Positions 43,052-52,919 of a stretch of DNA of 53,462 nucleotides are shown in pieces. Numbering within the stretch: position 1 is the first letter of the stretch; every line of letters begins with the position of its first letter. This DNA is from an uncultured Muribaculaceae bacterium (GTDB taxonomy: Bacteria > Bacillota_I > Bacilli_A > RF39 > UBA660). The translations under genes were made by a program, and so were the position numbers. The DNA is taken from the NCBI GenBank assembly GCA_964368535.1, contig CAYJBC010000002.1, forward strand, positions 3,294 through 56,755, in the 5' to 3' direction. The notes beneath the pieces were generated by a model that had not been told where the DNA came from, did no database searches, and worked only from the letters and a program-made list of their open reading frames with translations.

Positions 43052-45654
43052 AACTAAAAATATTAAATAAATTAAATAAAAAGGAAAATAAAAAAGTTAA
43101 GGCTACTAAAGTGAAAAAAACTAAAAAAATTGAAACTAAAACTAAAAAAATTAGTATTAAAAATATTATAATTGGTATTGTTTTATTGGGAGCAATTGGT
43201 GTAACTACTGTTGTTTTGTTACTTGGTCTTTATGTAATAATGACTGCACCTGATTTTAATACTGATCTTTTATATGAAAAAGAAGCTACAATTATATATG
43301 ATGTAAATGGTAACGAACTTATGCGTACTGGGGAAAATAATATAGAACTAGTTAGTTATGAAGAACTTCCTCAAGTACTAATAGATGCGATAGTTGCTAC
43401 AGAAGATTCAAGATTTTTTCAACATACTGGTTTAGACGCACCTAGATTTGTAGTTGCAACAATTGGTCAGCTATTAGGCAATGATGATGCAGGTGGTGCA
43501 TCAACATTATCAATGCAAGTAGTAAAAAATACTTACACTGATCCAAATGCAACTAGTGGTCTTGATGGAATTATAAGAAAACTTACAGATGTATATATGT
43601 CTATCTTTAAATTAGAAAGCACTTATACTAAAGAAGAAATAATTGAATTTTATGTTAATTCACAATGGTTAGGAAATGATAATAACGTTAACTACACTGG
43701 AATAACTGGTGTTGAGCAAGGATCACAATATTTATTTGGTAAATCAGTTAGTGAACTTACTTTAGCAGAGGCTTCACTTCTTGCGGGAATGTTCCAGGCA
43801 CCTGATGCACATAATCCTTATAGAAATCCTGATAGCGCTAGATCTAGACAAGAAACTGTTTTAACACTTATGGTAAGACATGGATATATCTCTGAAGATG
43901 AAAAAGATGCTGTTTTAGAAATTCCTGTAGAATCTCTTTTAAAAAAGCAAGCACAAACTACTTCAAATTATTTACAAGCTCCGATAGATTACGTTTTGGA
44001 TGAAGTTAGAGAAATGACTAAATCCGATGCTAATCCTGATGGACTTAACCCTTATTATGTACCAATGGAAATATATACTACAATAGATCCTGAAGTTCAA
44101 CAAATACTTCATAAAGTTGAAACTGGTGAAAGTTATGATATTCCTGATAGTTATGGTAATTTACAATTTGGTATGGCTATTACAGATATGGATAATGGTT
44201 CTATTGTTGCAATTAGTGGTGGTGTTGATTATCAACCTACTGGAACTCTTCGAGCTGATGTAAAAAGGCAACCTGGTTCAACTGCAAAACCTATATTTGC
44301 TTATGGACCGCATATAGAATATTTAAATAGTTCTCCTTCTACGTTTTTCTTAGATGAATCAGCAAATTATTCTACTGGTGCTGCTATGAGAAACTGGGAT
44401 AATCAATTCTGGGGAGAAATGACTATGAGAGATGCATTAGTAGCATCAAGAAATATACCTGCACTACTTGCATTCCAACAAGTAGCTGAAGTTGATTTAG
44501 GTTATATAGAGGACTTTGTACATAATTTAGGAATAGATTATGGAGCTAATTTATATGAATCTGCATCTATCGGAGGATTTGATGGCGTGTCCCCTATTGA
44601 ACTTAGCGCAGCATATGCTGCATTTGGTAGAGATGGCTATTACATTGAACCTTATAGTGTTACTAAAGTTGTTATTATTGATACAGAAGAAACTGTTGAA
44701 CATAAATATACTAAAGAAAGAGCTATGAGTGCTGAAACTGCTTATTTAATTAATAGTATGCTAGTTGGTAGTGGCGTTTCTGGTATAAGTGTTACTGGAA
44801 CTGATATAGCTGCTAAAACTGGTACATCTACTATTGATACTAAACAATTAGAAGAAAAGAATTTACCAAGCTCAGCAATTTTAGACAACTGGGTTATAAG
44901 TTATAGTCCTGAATACTCTTTTGCAACATGGCTTGGATACGATATACTTACAAGTGAATATTATTTAACTAGTAATCTTGCTAATCCTGTTAGAAATGGT
45001 TTAAGCAGAGCTGTCGGACAAGAACTTTATAGTACTAATCAAACATTTAGTAACTCTACTGCTAATATAGTTTCTGTAGATGTTGAAAAAGGTACTTATC
45101 CACTTCAACTTGCTGGACCTAATACTCCAGGAGAAGAAATTATTTCTGCACAATTTAAAAGTGGGACACAGCCTACCGAAGTATCACAAAGGTATGCAAC
45201 TCTTGATGAAATAACGAGTTTAAAAGCAAGTTACGATGGTACAGAAATAGAACTTACTTGGAAAGGAATAGATACACCTGATTATTTAGATCCTAAGTTT
45301 TTAACTGATTTATTTGATGAAACTCATGGCGATCATGCTGCTAAGTATTATGAACAAAGAATATCTTACAACAATAATTATATGGGTGATATCGTATATG
45401 AAATATACCTTGATACTAATGGTACACTAACTCTTTTAGGTACTACTGAAGATGAAGAATTTATTTATGATAAGATAAAGGCTGGTACTACCTATAATTT
45501 TGTAATTAAAACCTCATTATCAGTTTATAAACGTATGGCTAGTGATGGAGTTACAACAAAAGTAACTACTAAAGCTGATTCTAATGTTGATGATTCAGTA
45601 ACTGGCGGAGATAATTCTGATTCAACTGATCCAGAAAATGAAACTACACCATAA
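43048..45654 (+). CDS. ponA: Bifunctional class A penicillin-binding protein (PBP1)
   Basis: 868 aa. N-terminal TM, GT51 motifs ATEDSRFFQHTGLD and GASTLSMQ, transpeptidase STAKP, SRN and KTGTS. An FN3-like C-terminal extension ends in a D/S/T-rich tail. Confidence 0.9.
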   Translation: MKLKILNKLNKKENKKVKATKVKKTKKIETKTKKISIKNIIIGIVLLGAIGVTTVVLLLGLYVIMTAPDFNTDLLYEKEATIIYDVNGNELMRTGENNIELVSYEELPQVLIDAIVATEDSRFFQHTGLDAPRFVVATIGQLLGNDDAGGASTLSMQVVKNTYTDPNATSGLDGIIRKLTDVYMSIFKLESTYTKEEIIEFYVNSQWLGNDNNVNYTGITGVEQGSQYLFGKSVSELTLAEASLLAGMFQAPDAHNPYRNPDSARSRQETVLTLMVRHGYISEDEKDAVLEIPVESLLKKQAQTTSNYLQAPIDYVLDEVREMTKSDANPDGLNPYYVPMEIYTTIDPEVQQILHKVETGESYDIPDSYGNLQFGMAITDMDNGSIVAISGGVDYQPTGTLRADVKRQPGSTAKPIFAYGPHIEYLNSSPSTFFLDESANYSTGAAMRNWDNQFWGEMTMRDALVASRNIPALLAFQQVAEVDLGYIEDFVHNLGIDYGANLYESASIGGFDGVSPIELSAAYAAFGRDGYYIEPYSVTKVVIIDTEETVEHKYTKERAMSAETAYLINSMLVGSGVSGISVTGTDIAAKTGTSTIDTKQLEEKNLPSSAILDNWVISYSPEYSFATWLGYDILTSEYYLTSNLANPVRNGLSRAVGQELYSTNQTFSNSTANIVSVDVEKGTYPLQLAGPNTPGEEIISAQFKSGTQPTEVSQRYATLDEITSLKASYDGTEIELTWKGIDTPDYLDPKFLTDLFDETHGDHAAKYYEQRISYNNNYMGDIVYEIYLDTNGTLTLLGTTEDEEFIYDKIKAGTTYNFVIKTSLSVYKRMASDGVTTKVTTKADSNVDDSVTGGDNSDSTDPENETTP

Positions 45655-45682
45655 AAAAGTATCCTCAATTGGATACTTTTTT
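45653..45682. terminator. Bidirectional terminator between ponA and nth
   Basis: A-run, AGTATCC-tcaatt-GGATACT, T-run. The loop holds the nth stop codon. Confidence 0.65.
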
Positions 45683-46273
45683 ACATTCCTTATTAAATTT
45701 ACAATTTAGACAATCTGGTTTTTTAGCTTTGCATATATATCTACCAAATAAAACCATTTGGCTATTTACTCTATTCCATTTGTCTTTTGGAAATATTTTT
45801 TTTATTTTGCTTTCAATTTTTAATACATTTTCTTCATTATTCACAATTTTTAGTACATTTGAAACTCTTGTTACATGTGTATCTACTGCGACAGATGGTT
45901 CATTAAATAAATTAGCTAAAACTACTGAAACTGTTTTACGTCCTACTCCAGGCAGGGTTTCTAAGTAGTCTCTATTATTTGGAACTACGCCTTTAGAATC
46001 ACTTAAAAGTCTTTTAGCTATTTCTTTAACAAATAATGCTTTTTTATGAAATGATCCTACTGATCTTATTATGTTTTCAATAATTATTAAATCTAAATCA
46101 CTTAATTCTTCTAAAGAGTATTTAAATAATTCTTTTGTAACTAGATTTACTCTTTTATCCGTAGATTGAGCAGATAACATTGTAGCTATTAAAAGTTCAT
46201 AATCCTTATTATAATCAAGTTCACAAACAGGATTTGGAAACATTTCATTTAAATTTTTTTCTATATTATTCAT
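45665..46273 (-). CDS. nth: Endonuclease III
   Basis: 202 aa. HhH-GPD LPGVGRKTVSVVL and the 4Fe-4S cluster CKAKKPDCLNCKFNKEC. Confidence 0.9.
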   Translation of the reverse strand: MNNIEKNLNEMFPNPVCELDYNKDYELLIATMLSAQSTDKRVNLVTKELFKYSLEELSDLDLIIIENIIRSVGSFHKKALFVKEIAKRLLSDSKGVVPNNRDYLETLPGVGRKTVSVVLANLFNEPSVAVDTHVTRVSNVLKIVNNEENVLKIESKIKKIFPKDKWNRVNSQMVLFGRYICKAKKPDCLNCKFNKECKKVSN

Positions 46274-46886
46274 TGTCTAACCAATCAAAATTTAAAATGC
46301 TTGTTTCAAAAGATTTGTCTTCCTCACTACGCTTTTTATTATTAATATCCTCTTTGTTTTTAATTCCTTTTTTATTCCATTCATATAATATTTTGTCAAT
46401 ATATCTTAAATTAGTTACGCCATTATACACAGCCTCATTAAGTGCCTCAATTATAATTTCTTCAGTAAAATCTTTTTCAAGCCAGGCTTTAATTATTTCG
46501 TAATCCATACCTGATAATGTTCTTCCAAATTTTTCTTCAAATATACTATATATATCATTGGCACTTTGTTTTTTTTCTTCTTTTTTTACTTCTTTTGTAT
46601 AATTTTCATAAAGATCCGATAATACTATTTTTTCAACTGTTTTGTTGCTTTCATTTTTACCTAACTCAACAGAAATTAATTTTTTGTCTACTAAAGATGC
46701 AAAACTTTCCATTATTTTTTCTTCGCTTAATGAAGTAAATTTTTGAATTAGTGTTATATCAAATATTGGTTCATATTCATTTTCAAAATACATAAGAAGT
46801 AAAAATTCATTAATGTTTAAATCTTTTTTTTGTATATATTTCAAAAACGTTGTATCTATAACAAATCTTTTTATATCTTTTCTCAT
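46266..46886 (-). CDS. dnaD: DNA replication protein DnaD
   Basis: 206 aa. DnaD C-terminal domain (FEEKFGRTLSGMDYEIIKAWLEKDFTEEIIIEALNEAVYNGVTNLRYIDKILYEWNKKGI). Overlaps the nth start by 8 nt and the cca stop by 4 nt. Confidence 0.8.
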   Translation of the reverse strand: MRKDIKRFVIDTTFLKYIQKKDLNINEFLLLMYFENEYEPIFDITLIQKFTSLSEEKIMESFASLVDKKLISVELGKNESNKTVEKIVLSDLYENYTKEVKKEEKKQSANDIYSIFEEKFGRTLSGMDYEIIKAWLEKDFTEEIIIEALNEAVYNGVTNLRYIDKILYEWNKKGIKNKEDINNKKRSEEDKSFETSILNFDWLDNE

Positions 46887-47962
46887 TTTCCACCCTGCTT
46901 TAATAAATATTTTTTTATTTCATTATTTTTATTTTTTAATTTTCTTTCAAGCATTAAAGTAATTAATTCATTTTGCACTTCTTTAATTTTTTTGCCTGGC
47001 TCTATACCTAGAATACTAATTATCTCTTCTGCCTTAATATCTAATGGCTTGCTTTCATTTATTTCCATAGTTTTATATATTTTATCAATTCCACTGTGTG
47101 TATAACCTAATATTTCTCCTGTCACCATACATAAATATAATCCATATTCATAAAGAGTTATATAATCTATTTTACCATAGTTTAAGAGTTCTTTTATTTT
47201 ATTTATGGTATTGTACTCATTTTTAGAAAAAAGTTCTGAGGGAGCCTCTAATTGACTCCACATTACAAGTAGATCACTAGAATATTTTATGTTTTTAAAA
47301 TCTATATTTAATTTATCTAAAATATTTAATTCTTTTAATAATGTTAGTCCGTAATAATAATTTTTAGATAATAGTATTTTATTTAATTCTTCTTTAACTC
47401 TTTCATTTGATAAAGTTTTAACATATTCAGCATTTGTTTTTATCGCATTTTTTAAGTTTTCTTCGATTGTAAAATTTAATGTACATGCAAATCTTATAGC
47501 TCTTAAAATTCTAAGAGGGTCTTCGATCAACTTTTGATTTTCATCTCCAACAGATTTTATTATACGTTTTTTTATATCGCCCTTAGCGTTCATTAAATCA
47601 ATTATCTTACCTTTTTGATTCATACATAAGGTATTGATAGTAAAGTCTCTACGATGTAAATCTTCGATTAAATTATTAATATATTTTATTTCAACTGGTT
47701 TTCTACCTACATATCTAAGTTCTTTTCGATATGTTGTAATATCTATATTAAATTTATGCACTTTTAAATTTATTCCACCATAATTATTAAATGTATTATC
47801 AACAAACATTGAATGAACTGTTTTAGGAAGAGCATTGGTACATATATCAACATCAAGTGATTTTCTTCCAAGTATTTTATCACGTACAAAACCACCTACT
47901 ATATAGGCTTCATATCCATCATTTTCTATTCTATTTATTACTTTTTTAATTTCTTTATTCAT
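46883..47962 (-). CDS. cca: CCA-adding tRNA nucleotidyltransferase (poly(A) polymerase family head domain)
   Basis: 359 aa. GGFVRDKILGRKSLDVDI, RRDFTIN, PLRILRAIRF. Confidence 0.8.
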   Translation of the reverse strand: MNKEIKKVINRIENDGYEAYIVGGFVRDKILGRKSLDVDICTNALPKTVHSMFVDNTFNNYGGINLKVHKFNIDITTYRKELRYVGRKPVEIKYINNLIEDLHRRDFTINTLCMNQKGKIIDLMNAKGDIKKRIIKSVGDENQKLIEDPLRILRAIRFACTLNFTIEENLKNAIKTNAEYVKTLSNERVKEELNKILLSKNYYYGLTLLKELNILDKLNIDFKNIKYSSDLLVMWSQLEAPSELFSKNEYNTINKIKELLNYGKIDYITLYEYGLYLCMVTGEILGYTHSGIDKIYKTMEINESKPLDIKAEEIISILGIEPGKKIKEVQNELITLMLERKLKNKNNEIKKYLLKQGGK

Positions 47963-48041
47963 ATATTTTTCCCATTTAATTATATCACTTTTTATATAAA
48001 AAAAATAGATATATTATTTATATGATTCTAAACAAACTAAT

Positions 48042-48067
48042 AAAAAAGTTTGGTATAAAAACCAAAC
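48042..48067 (-). terminator. Intrinsic terminator after the ABC permease gene
   Basis: GTTTGGT-ttttat-ACCAAAC followed by TTTTTTATT on the minus RNA. Confidence 0.6.
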
Positions 48068-48148
48068 AAATTGAAATTAATTTTATATTACGTCATATTA
48101 TTTATTGGAACTATTTATAGTTTAAATAAGATTCGGGTATTTCAATAT

Positions 48149-49390
48149 TTAAACTTTATCTTTTTGTCTATACAACTCTATTAAACCTTTTATACTCATT
48201 TTACTACCATTATTAAGTATAGCATTTGAATATATTCTTATAGATACATAAGCAACTATTATTATTGTAATAATTAATATAATAATTGATATTATAACTT
48301 CAGTAACACTGGCTACATTCATAAAGAATCTTGATGGCATTGCAAACATAGATGAAATAGGAATATATGACGCTAGTTTGTTTAATATTCCACTTGGGTC
48401 TGATACCGTAAAATAACCTAAATAAAAGCCAATTACTGCGATTAAATTTACTGGCGTATTTACTATACTAACATCTTCAAGTCTGTTTACCATAGCGCCT
48501 GATAAAGCAAATAAGAATGAAAATAACAAATATCCAAGAACAAAATAAATAAAACTAATAGCAACTACCATTATGTTAATTTGACTAGTTACTGCTTCGA
48601 TTATTTCTATAGGTAAGAATACATATGCCCCGATGGCTATAAATAATATGTAAAATAGTATTTGTGCGATACCTAAGAGTCCTACTCCGAGTGTTTTACC
48701 AAGTATAATATTTTTACTACTTGTAGATGTTAATAACGTTTCCACTATTTTAGATGTTTTTTCAGTAGTAACTGCTCCGGATACTTGATATGCAAATAAG
48801 TATATTCCCATAAACATAACAAACGATAATATTATTCCAATACTTGAACCAACTATTCCAGTATCTTCTTCTGGATTAGTACTTACTAATTCTAAATTAA
48901 AGTTACTATTAACCCTTTCTAATTCTTCATCAGTTAAATCTAAACTATATAACTGAACCGTACGATAAACTTCTTTTATACTAGTAAATAGGTATTCAAA
49001 ATTATAAGTTGTTTCACCAGTACTAGATATATATTTGATAAATAGATCGTTGTTTTCTTCTTTCAACTCAACAATATAATCATATTCTTTATCTTCGATT
49101 ATTTGTTTAATTTCACTATCTGTGTAGCTTGTTTTTTCTACATCAAATGTTATCATATTTTCTGTATTTGAATTTTCAAATAAATTTCCTTGCAATAAAT
49201 TATCTTTATCTAAAACAAGTGCATTTTCAACAAATGCTTCGCTTATATTTACATCAAAAAATGATAGTAAACTATTTACATTAAGCAGAAGTATTATTAC
49301 TACAATAAATATAATATTTACAATAATAAATGTTTTTTTCTTAACAAGTTCTAAAACGGTAAATTTACCAACTTCAAACATATCTTTCAT
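48149..49390 (-). CDS. ABC-2 type exporter permease (NatB-like)
   Basis: 413 aa. N-terminal TM, a large extracytoplasmic loop, then about 5 TM. Start overlaps the stop of the ATPase gene (1 nt). Confidence 0.7.
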   Translation of the reverse strand: MKDMFEVGKFTVLELVKKKTFIIVNIIFIVVIILLLNVNSLLSFFDVNISEAFVENALVLDKDNLLQGNLFENSNTENMITFDVEKTSYTDSEIKQIIEDKEYDYIVELKEENNDLFIKYISSTGETTYNFEYLFTSIKEVYRTVQLYSLDLTDEELERVNSNFNLELVSTNPEEDTGIVGSSIGIILSFVMFMGIYLFAYQVSGAVTTEKTSKIVETLLTSTSSKNIILGKTLGVGLLGIAQILFYILFIAIGAYVFLPIEIIEAVTSQINIMVVAISFIYFVLGYLLFSFLFALSGAMVNRLEDVSIVNTPVNLIAVIGFYLGYFTVSDPSGILNKLASYIPISSMFAMPSRFFMNVASVTEVIISIIILIITIIIVAYVSIRIYSNAILNNGSKMSIKGLIELYRQKDKV

Positions 49391-50286
49391 TACTTCTTAC
49401 CTCCATTTACTTTTTCAATAAATATATCATGTAAACTAGGTTTTTTTATTTCAAATTTATTTATTGATACTTTATTTTTGATTAAATTATTTATTATTTT
49501 ACCAGCATCTTCTTCACTAGCTATATCAATAGTATAATTATTTTTAACTTTAGTATATTTATATTTTAAATCATCAATATATTTACTTAGATCCATTTTA
49601 GTACTGACTACTACTTCATTTGCTTCATATGTATCTTTTATATCTTCAAGATTACCTTTGAGTACTGTATTACCTTTATTAAGTAATAATATATCACTAC
49701 AAAATTCTTCAATCGCATCCATTTGATGAGATGACATGATTATAAATTTATTTTTATTAGCAAGCTCTAAAACTACACTTTTTAACAGTTCTGCATTAAC
49801 TGGATCTAACCCTGAGAATGGTTCATCTAATACAATTAAATCAGGGTTATGTATTATAGCTATTATAAACTGAATTTTTTGCTGATTACCTTTAGATAAA
49901 GTTTCTGCTAAACTATTTCTATATTCTTCTACTTTAAGTCTATCAAACCAGTAATCAATTTCTTTATCAATCAATTCTTTTTTCATACCTTTAAGTTTAG
50001 CAAAATATACTATTTGATCATATACCTTACTTTTGGGGTACAACCCCCTTTCTTCAGGTAAATACCCAAAATTTACACTCTTCCTGTTTACTTCTTCATT
50101 ATTCCATAAAATTGTTCCATTATCCTTGTTAAGTATTCCTAAAATCATTCTTATGGTAGTAGTTTTACCCGCTCCATTTGTTCCAAGTAAACCAAATACA
50201 CCTGGTTTATCTAATTTAAAACTAATATCTTTTACTACTTTTTTATTTCCATAAGTTTTATTTACTTTTTCAACTATTAAACTCAT
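49390..50286 (-). CDS. ABC transporter ATP-binding protein (NatA-like)
   Basis: ATG at 50286 follows AAGGTGA. Walker A GLLGTNGAGKTTT, signature LSKGNQQK, Walker B LIVLDEPFSGLD. Confidence 0.85.
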   Translation of the reverse strand: MSLIVEKVNKTYGNKKVVKDISFKLDKPGVFGLLGTNGAGKTTTIRMILGILNKDNGTILWNNEEVNRKSVNFGYLPEERGLYPKSKVYDQIVYFAKLKGMKKELIDKEIDYWFDRLKVEEYRNSLAETLSKGNQQKIQFIIAIIHNPDLIVLDEPFSGLDPVNAELLKSVVLELANKNKFIIMSSHQMDAIEEFCSDILLLNKGNTVLKGNLEDIKDTYEANEVVVSTKMDLSKYIDDLKYKYTKVKNNYTIDIASEEDAGKIINNLIKNKVSINKFEIKKPSLHDIFIEKVNGGKK

Positions 50287-50420
50287 TATTATCACCTTCT
50301 AATTAAATAATATCATAAATATAAATTTACTACAAGAATATATTTTGTATCAAATATATCACTATTGACTAATACACTTTTTTATGATAGAATAAAGGCC
50401 AATTAGAGAGGAGTATTTAT

Positions 50421-50849
50421 ATGTACGAAGAATTTCCTAAGAGACCAATTAATATTAAAATACTATTACTTAAAATAGGTATTATTGCAGTTGTAGCTAT
50501 ACTTATTATAATTATTTTTAGAACTACTACTATTAATACTGCTCCACTAAGTGAAAATGCTATAAAATTAAAAGATAATTTAGAGTTAGTAAGCGATGCT
50601 TCGGTTAAATATTTTGAAACTGAAAAATTGCCAGAAAAGCTTAATGAAAGTATTAAAGTAAATATTGATGTATTGATCGATAACGAATATCTTACTGATT
50701 TTGAATATGATTTAGATGAATGCATTATAAAAGATAGTTATGTTACATTAACTAATGTTAAAGATAATAACTACAATTTAAAAACTACTTTATCTTGTGA
50801 TGATTTAACAGATTATATAATTGAAACAATTAAAATTGAAGACAAATAA
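50421..50849 (+). CDS. Hypothetical N-terminally anchored protein
   Basis: 142 aa with one TM (ILLLKIGIIAVVAILIIIIF). The ectodomain has VLIDNEYLTDF, reminiscent of LIEANYLVAD in the pilin-like 38409..38777. SD GAGAGGAG. Confidence 0.5.
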   Translation: MYEEFPKRPINIKILLLKIGIIAVVAILIIIIFRTTTINTAPLSENAIKLKDNLELVSDASVKYFETEKLPEKLNESIKVNIDVLIDNEYLTDFEYDLDECIIKDSYVTLTNVKDNNYNLKTTLSCDDLTDYIIETIKIEDK

Positions 50850-50877
50850 AAAATGAACCATTAAGTTCATTTTTTTA
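50848..50877. terminator. Bidirectional terminator
   Basis: A-run, ATGAAC-cattaa-GTTCAT, T7. Confidence 0.6.
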
Positions 50878-50882
50878 TTTGT

Positions 50883-51317
50883 TTATTCGCTTGCTGGTGA
50901 ACTCATTGTTGACCATTCAACACTTCCACATTCACCAGTTGAAGTTACAGATCCATCTTCGTTAGTAGTATAACAATGATTAAAAGCAGCTTCTTCACAT
51001 CCACTTGGTGATGATAGACAACTTGAACATACTACGAAGTCATCTTTAACATCTCCATTGAAATTATCGATAATATTAAATACTACATTTACGATTGTTG
51101 GTATAAAGAATATTATAATACCTGCGATAAATCTTCTCATTAATGAACCAGTAGCTTTTTTAATTTCTTTTTCATCACTTGATACTACAGCTTTACCTAA
51201 ATCTATAGCTCCCATTATAATTATAATTACTGGTATTACTATTTTAAATATAGTTAAAATATCTCCGACTAAATTCCAAATTGACCAAGTTTCTGCACAA
51301 AATGCTAATGTTAACAT
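50883..51317 (-). CDS. Small two-TM membrane protein with Cys-rich tail, tandem paralogue A (VirB2/TrbC-like topology)
   Basis: 144 aa. TM1 IFKIVIPVIIIIMGAID, charged loop LGKAVVSSDEKEIKKATGSLMRR, TM2 FIAGIIIFFIPTIVNVVF, tail CSSCLSSPSGCEEAAFNHC...C. SD AGAGAGAG. Confidence 0.6.
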   Translation of the reverse strand: MLTLAFCAETWSIWNLVGDILTIFKIVIPVIIIIMGAIDLGKAVVSSDEKEIKKATGSLMRRFIAGIIIFFIPTIVNVVFNIIDNFNGDVKDDFVVCSSCLSSPSGCEEAAFNHCYTTNEDGSVTSTGECGSVEWSTMSSPASE

Positions 51318-51327
51318 AAAATCACTC
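51072..51327 (-). repeat. Copy A of a ~256-nt direct repeat (5' UTR end plus N-terminal coding half of the paralogue pair)
   Basis: Aligns without gaps to 51613..51868 at a constant 541-nt offset. I counted 13 mismatches by hand. Similarity collapses 3' of the repeat, in the C-terminal coding halves. Confidence 0.8.
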
Positions 51328-51395
51328 TCTCTTTTCTATAATAATATTTTAATATAGTTATATATTAATAGTCAATAATAAAATGTAAAGTTTAC

Positions 51396-51419
51396 AAAAA
51401 AAAAGAACTAAAAGTTCTT
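51396..51419 (-). terminator. Intrinsic terminator between the tandem paralogues
   Basis: AAGAAC-tttta-GTTCTT followed by T9 on the minus RNA, overlapping the stop of 51418..51858. Confidence 0.6.
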
Positions 51420-51858
51420 ATTCTGCATCTGGGAATAATACATCTTTATCCATACATGGGTCAGTTCCAGTTTCACCCTCTGTTGTTAAAGTACTTTTTC
51501 CTTCTGAATCATATGCACAAAATGTTTCAGCTTCTGTTTCACATCCACTTGGTGATGCTACACACGAAGAACATATAGTGTAATCACTTCTTACTTCTCC
51601 AAAGTTATCTAAAATATTAAATACTACATTTACGATTGTAGGTATAAAGAATATTATAATACCTGCGATAAATCTTCTCATTAATGAGCTTGTTGCTTTC
51701 TTAATTTCTTTTTCATCACTTGATACTACAGCTTTACCTAAATCTATAGCTCCCATTATAATTATAATTACTGGTATTACTATTTTAAATATAGTTAAAA
51801 TATCTCCGATTAATTTCCATATTGACCATGTATCTGCGCAAAATGCTAACGTTAACAT
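51418..51858 (-). CDS. Small two-TM membrane protein with Cys-rich tail, tandem paralogue B
   Basis: 146 aa. The first ~85 aa are nearly identical to paralogue A. Tail CSSCVASPSGCETEAETFC...PC diverges after the CSSC..SPSGCE block. Confidence 0.6.
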   Translation of the reverse strand: MLTLAFCADTWSIWKLIGDILTIFKIVIPVIIIIMGAIDLGKAVVSSDEKEIKKATSSLMRRFIAGIIIFFIPTIVNVVFNILDNFGEVRSDYTICSSCVASPSGCETEAETFCAYDSEGKSTLTTEGETGTDPCMDKDVLFPDAE

Positions 51859-51868
51859 AAAATCACTC
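51613..51868 (-). repeat. Copy B of the ~256-nt direct repeat
   Basis: See copy A (51072..51327). Confidence 0.8.
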
Positions 51869-51911
51869 CTTTTTCTATTTATATTTTATAAAATATTTAT
51901 ACTTAAGTCAA

Positions 51912-52907
51912 CTAAAATATACCAAAAACGCCTTTACTTTCATCTTTTTCACTTAATCTAGTAAATCCTAGTGAAATAAGCAATGATGTTATTACTGGAT
52001 CTTTATCCATTTTATCATCTAAGTTTGGTATATTTGCAAAAATTTTACTACCAGATTCTCTTTCAAAATCTGTTACATCTTTACTTGTAAGTGAACTACG
52101 GTTAAGTATAATTTTTTCGTTTTTTATTTTATCAAATATTTTATTATCCGCTTTAATTAATTTATTAAGTTTAATAATACCTGGCTCAATTAAATACAAA
52201 GTTTCTGAGTTTACTAACCCTTGTGAATTATTTAAATCAACTATTATTATTTCTTTATCACTATTGTTTGCAATATATGAGTTTATATTATCAGAAGTTG
52301 TAAATTCTAAATCCTTATCTGAAAAATACATAAAATCATTAGTATCTAATTCAACGCATTTTACTGTGTAATGTTTTGATAAATGCATCTTTAACATATA
52401 AGCAAGAGTTGTGCTTCCAGCATGTGTAGTTAAATTTTTAATACCTATAACTCTTTGACCAATAAACCCTTTTGTATTATCTACTTTGGTATTTAATTTA
52501 ATTTCTTTTTCTGTTTCAATAGTTGCATTTAACTGTTGATAACTTGCTACATCCTTATATGAATTAGGATTATCAATTAAAAATGTAACTACATCTGGTT
52601 TCTTAGTAAAATTATATATTCCCATTGAAACTAATTGAGATAAATATTTAGGTGAATTTACAGTTTCAGAATCATCTAATAACAATATTACTTTCGACAT
52701 ATCAAAGTTAAGCGATATTTCTTGTATCACATTAATATTTTCATAATCCTTAATAGCCGTTACATCTATAATCATTTTGTTATAGAAAAAATGTGTAAAT
52801 TGATTAACTAATTCTGAAACTTCAAATACACCATTTATACTTTTAATTACATCTATATTAAGTGTTCCTAAAAGTGATTGATATTTATTCGATATTATTA
52901 CATTCAT
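51912..52907 (-). CDS. TadZ/CpaE-like protein: receiver-like N-terminal domain plus degenerate ParA/MinD-type ATPase domain
   Basis: 331 aa. The central VIGIKNLTTHAGSTTLAYMLKMHL occupies the deviant Walker A position (GxxGGxGxTTLA) but lacks the GKT/GGxG residues. IIIVDLN sits at the Walker B position. The N-terminal ~120 aa have an alternating beta/alpha pattern (IIDVTA, ILLLDD). Confidence 0.35.
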   Translation of the reverse strand: MNVIISNKYQSLLGTLNIDVIKSINGVFEVSELVNQFTHFFYNKMIIDVTAIKDYENINVIQEISLNFDMSKVILLLDDSETVNSPKYLSQLVSMGIYNFTKKPDVVTFLIDNPNSYKDVASYQQLNATIETEKEIKLNTKVDNTKGFIGQRVIGIKNLTTHAGSTTLAYMLKMHLSKHYTVKCVELDTNDFMYFSDKDLEFTTSDNINSYIANNSDKEIIIVDLNNSQGLVNSETLYLIEPGIIKLNKLIKADNKIFDKIKNEKIILNRSSLTSKDVTDFERESGSKIFANIPNLDDKMDKDPVITSLLISLGFTRLSEKDESKGVFGIF

Positions 52908-52919
52908 TTTAATTCTCCT

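Noticed and set aside
50417-50725. Minus-strand 102-aa ORF
   Set aside because: It is antisense to 50421..50849, which has a good SD (GAGAGGAG) and a terminator. The product is low-complexity Ser/Ile/Leu-rich.
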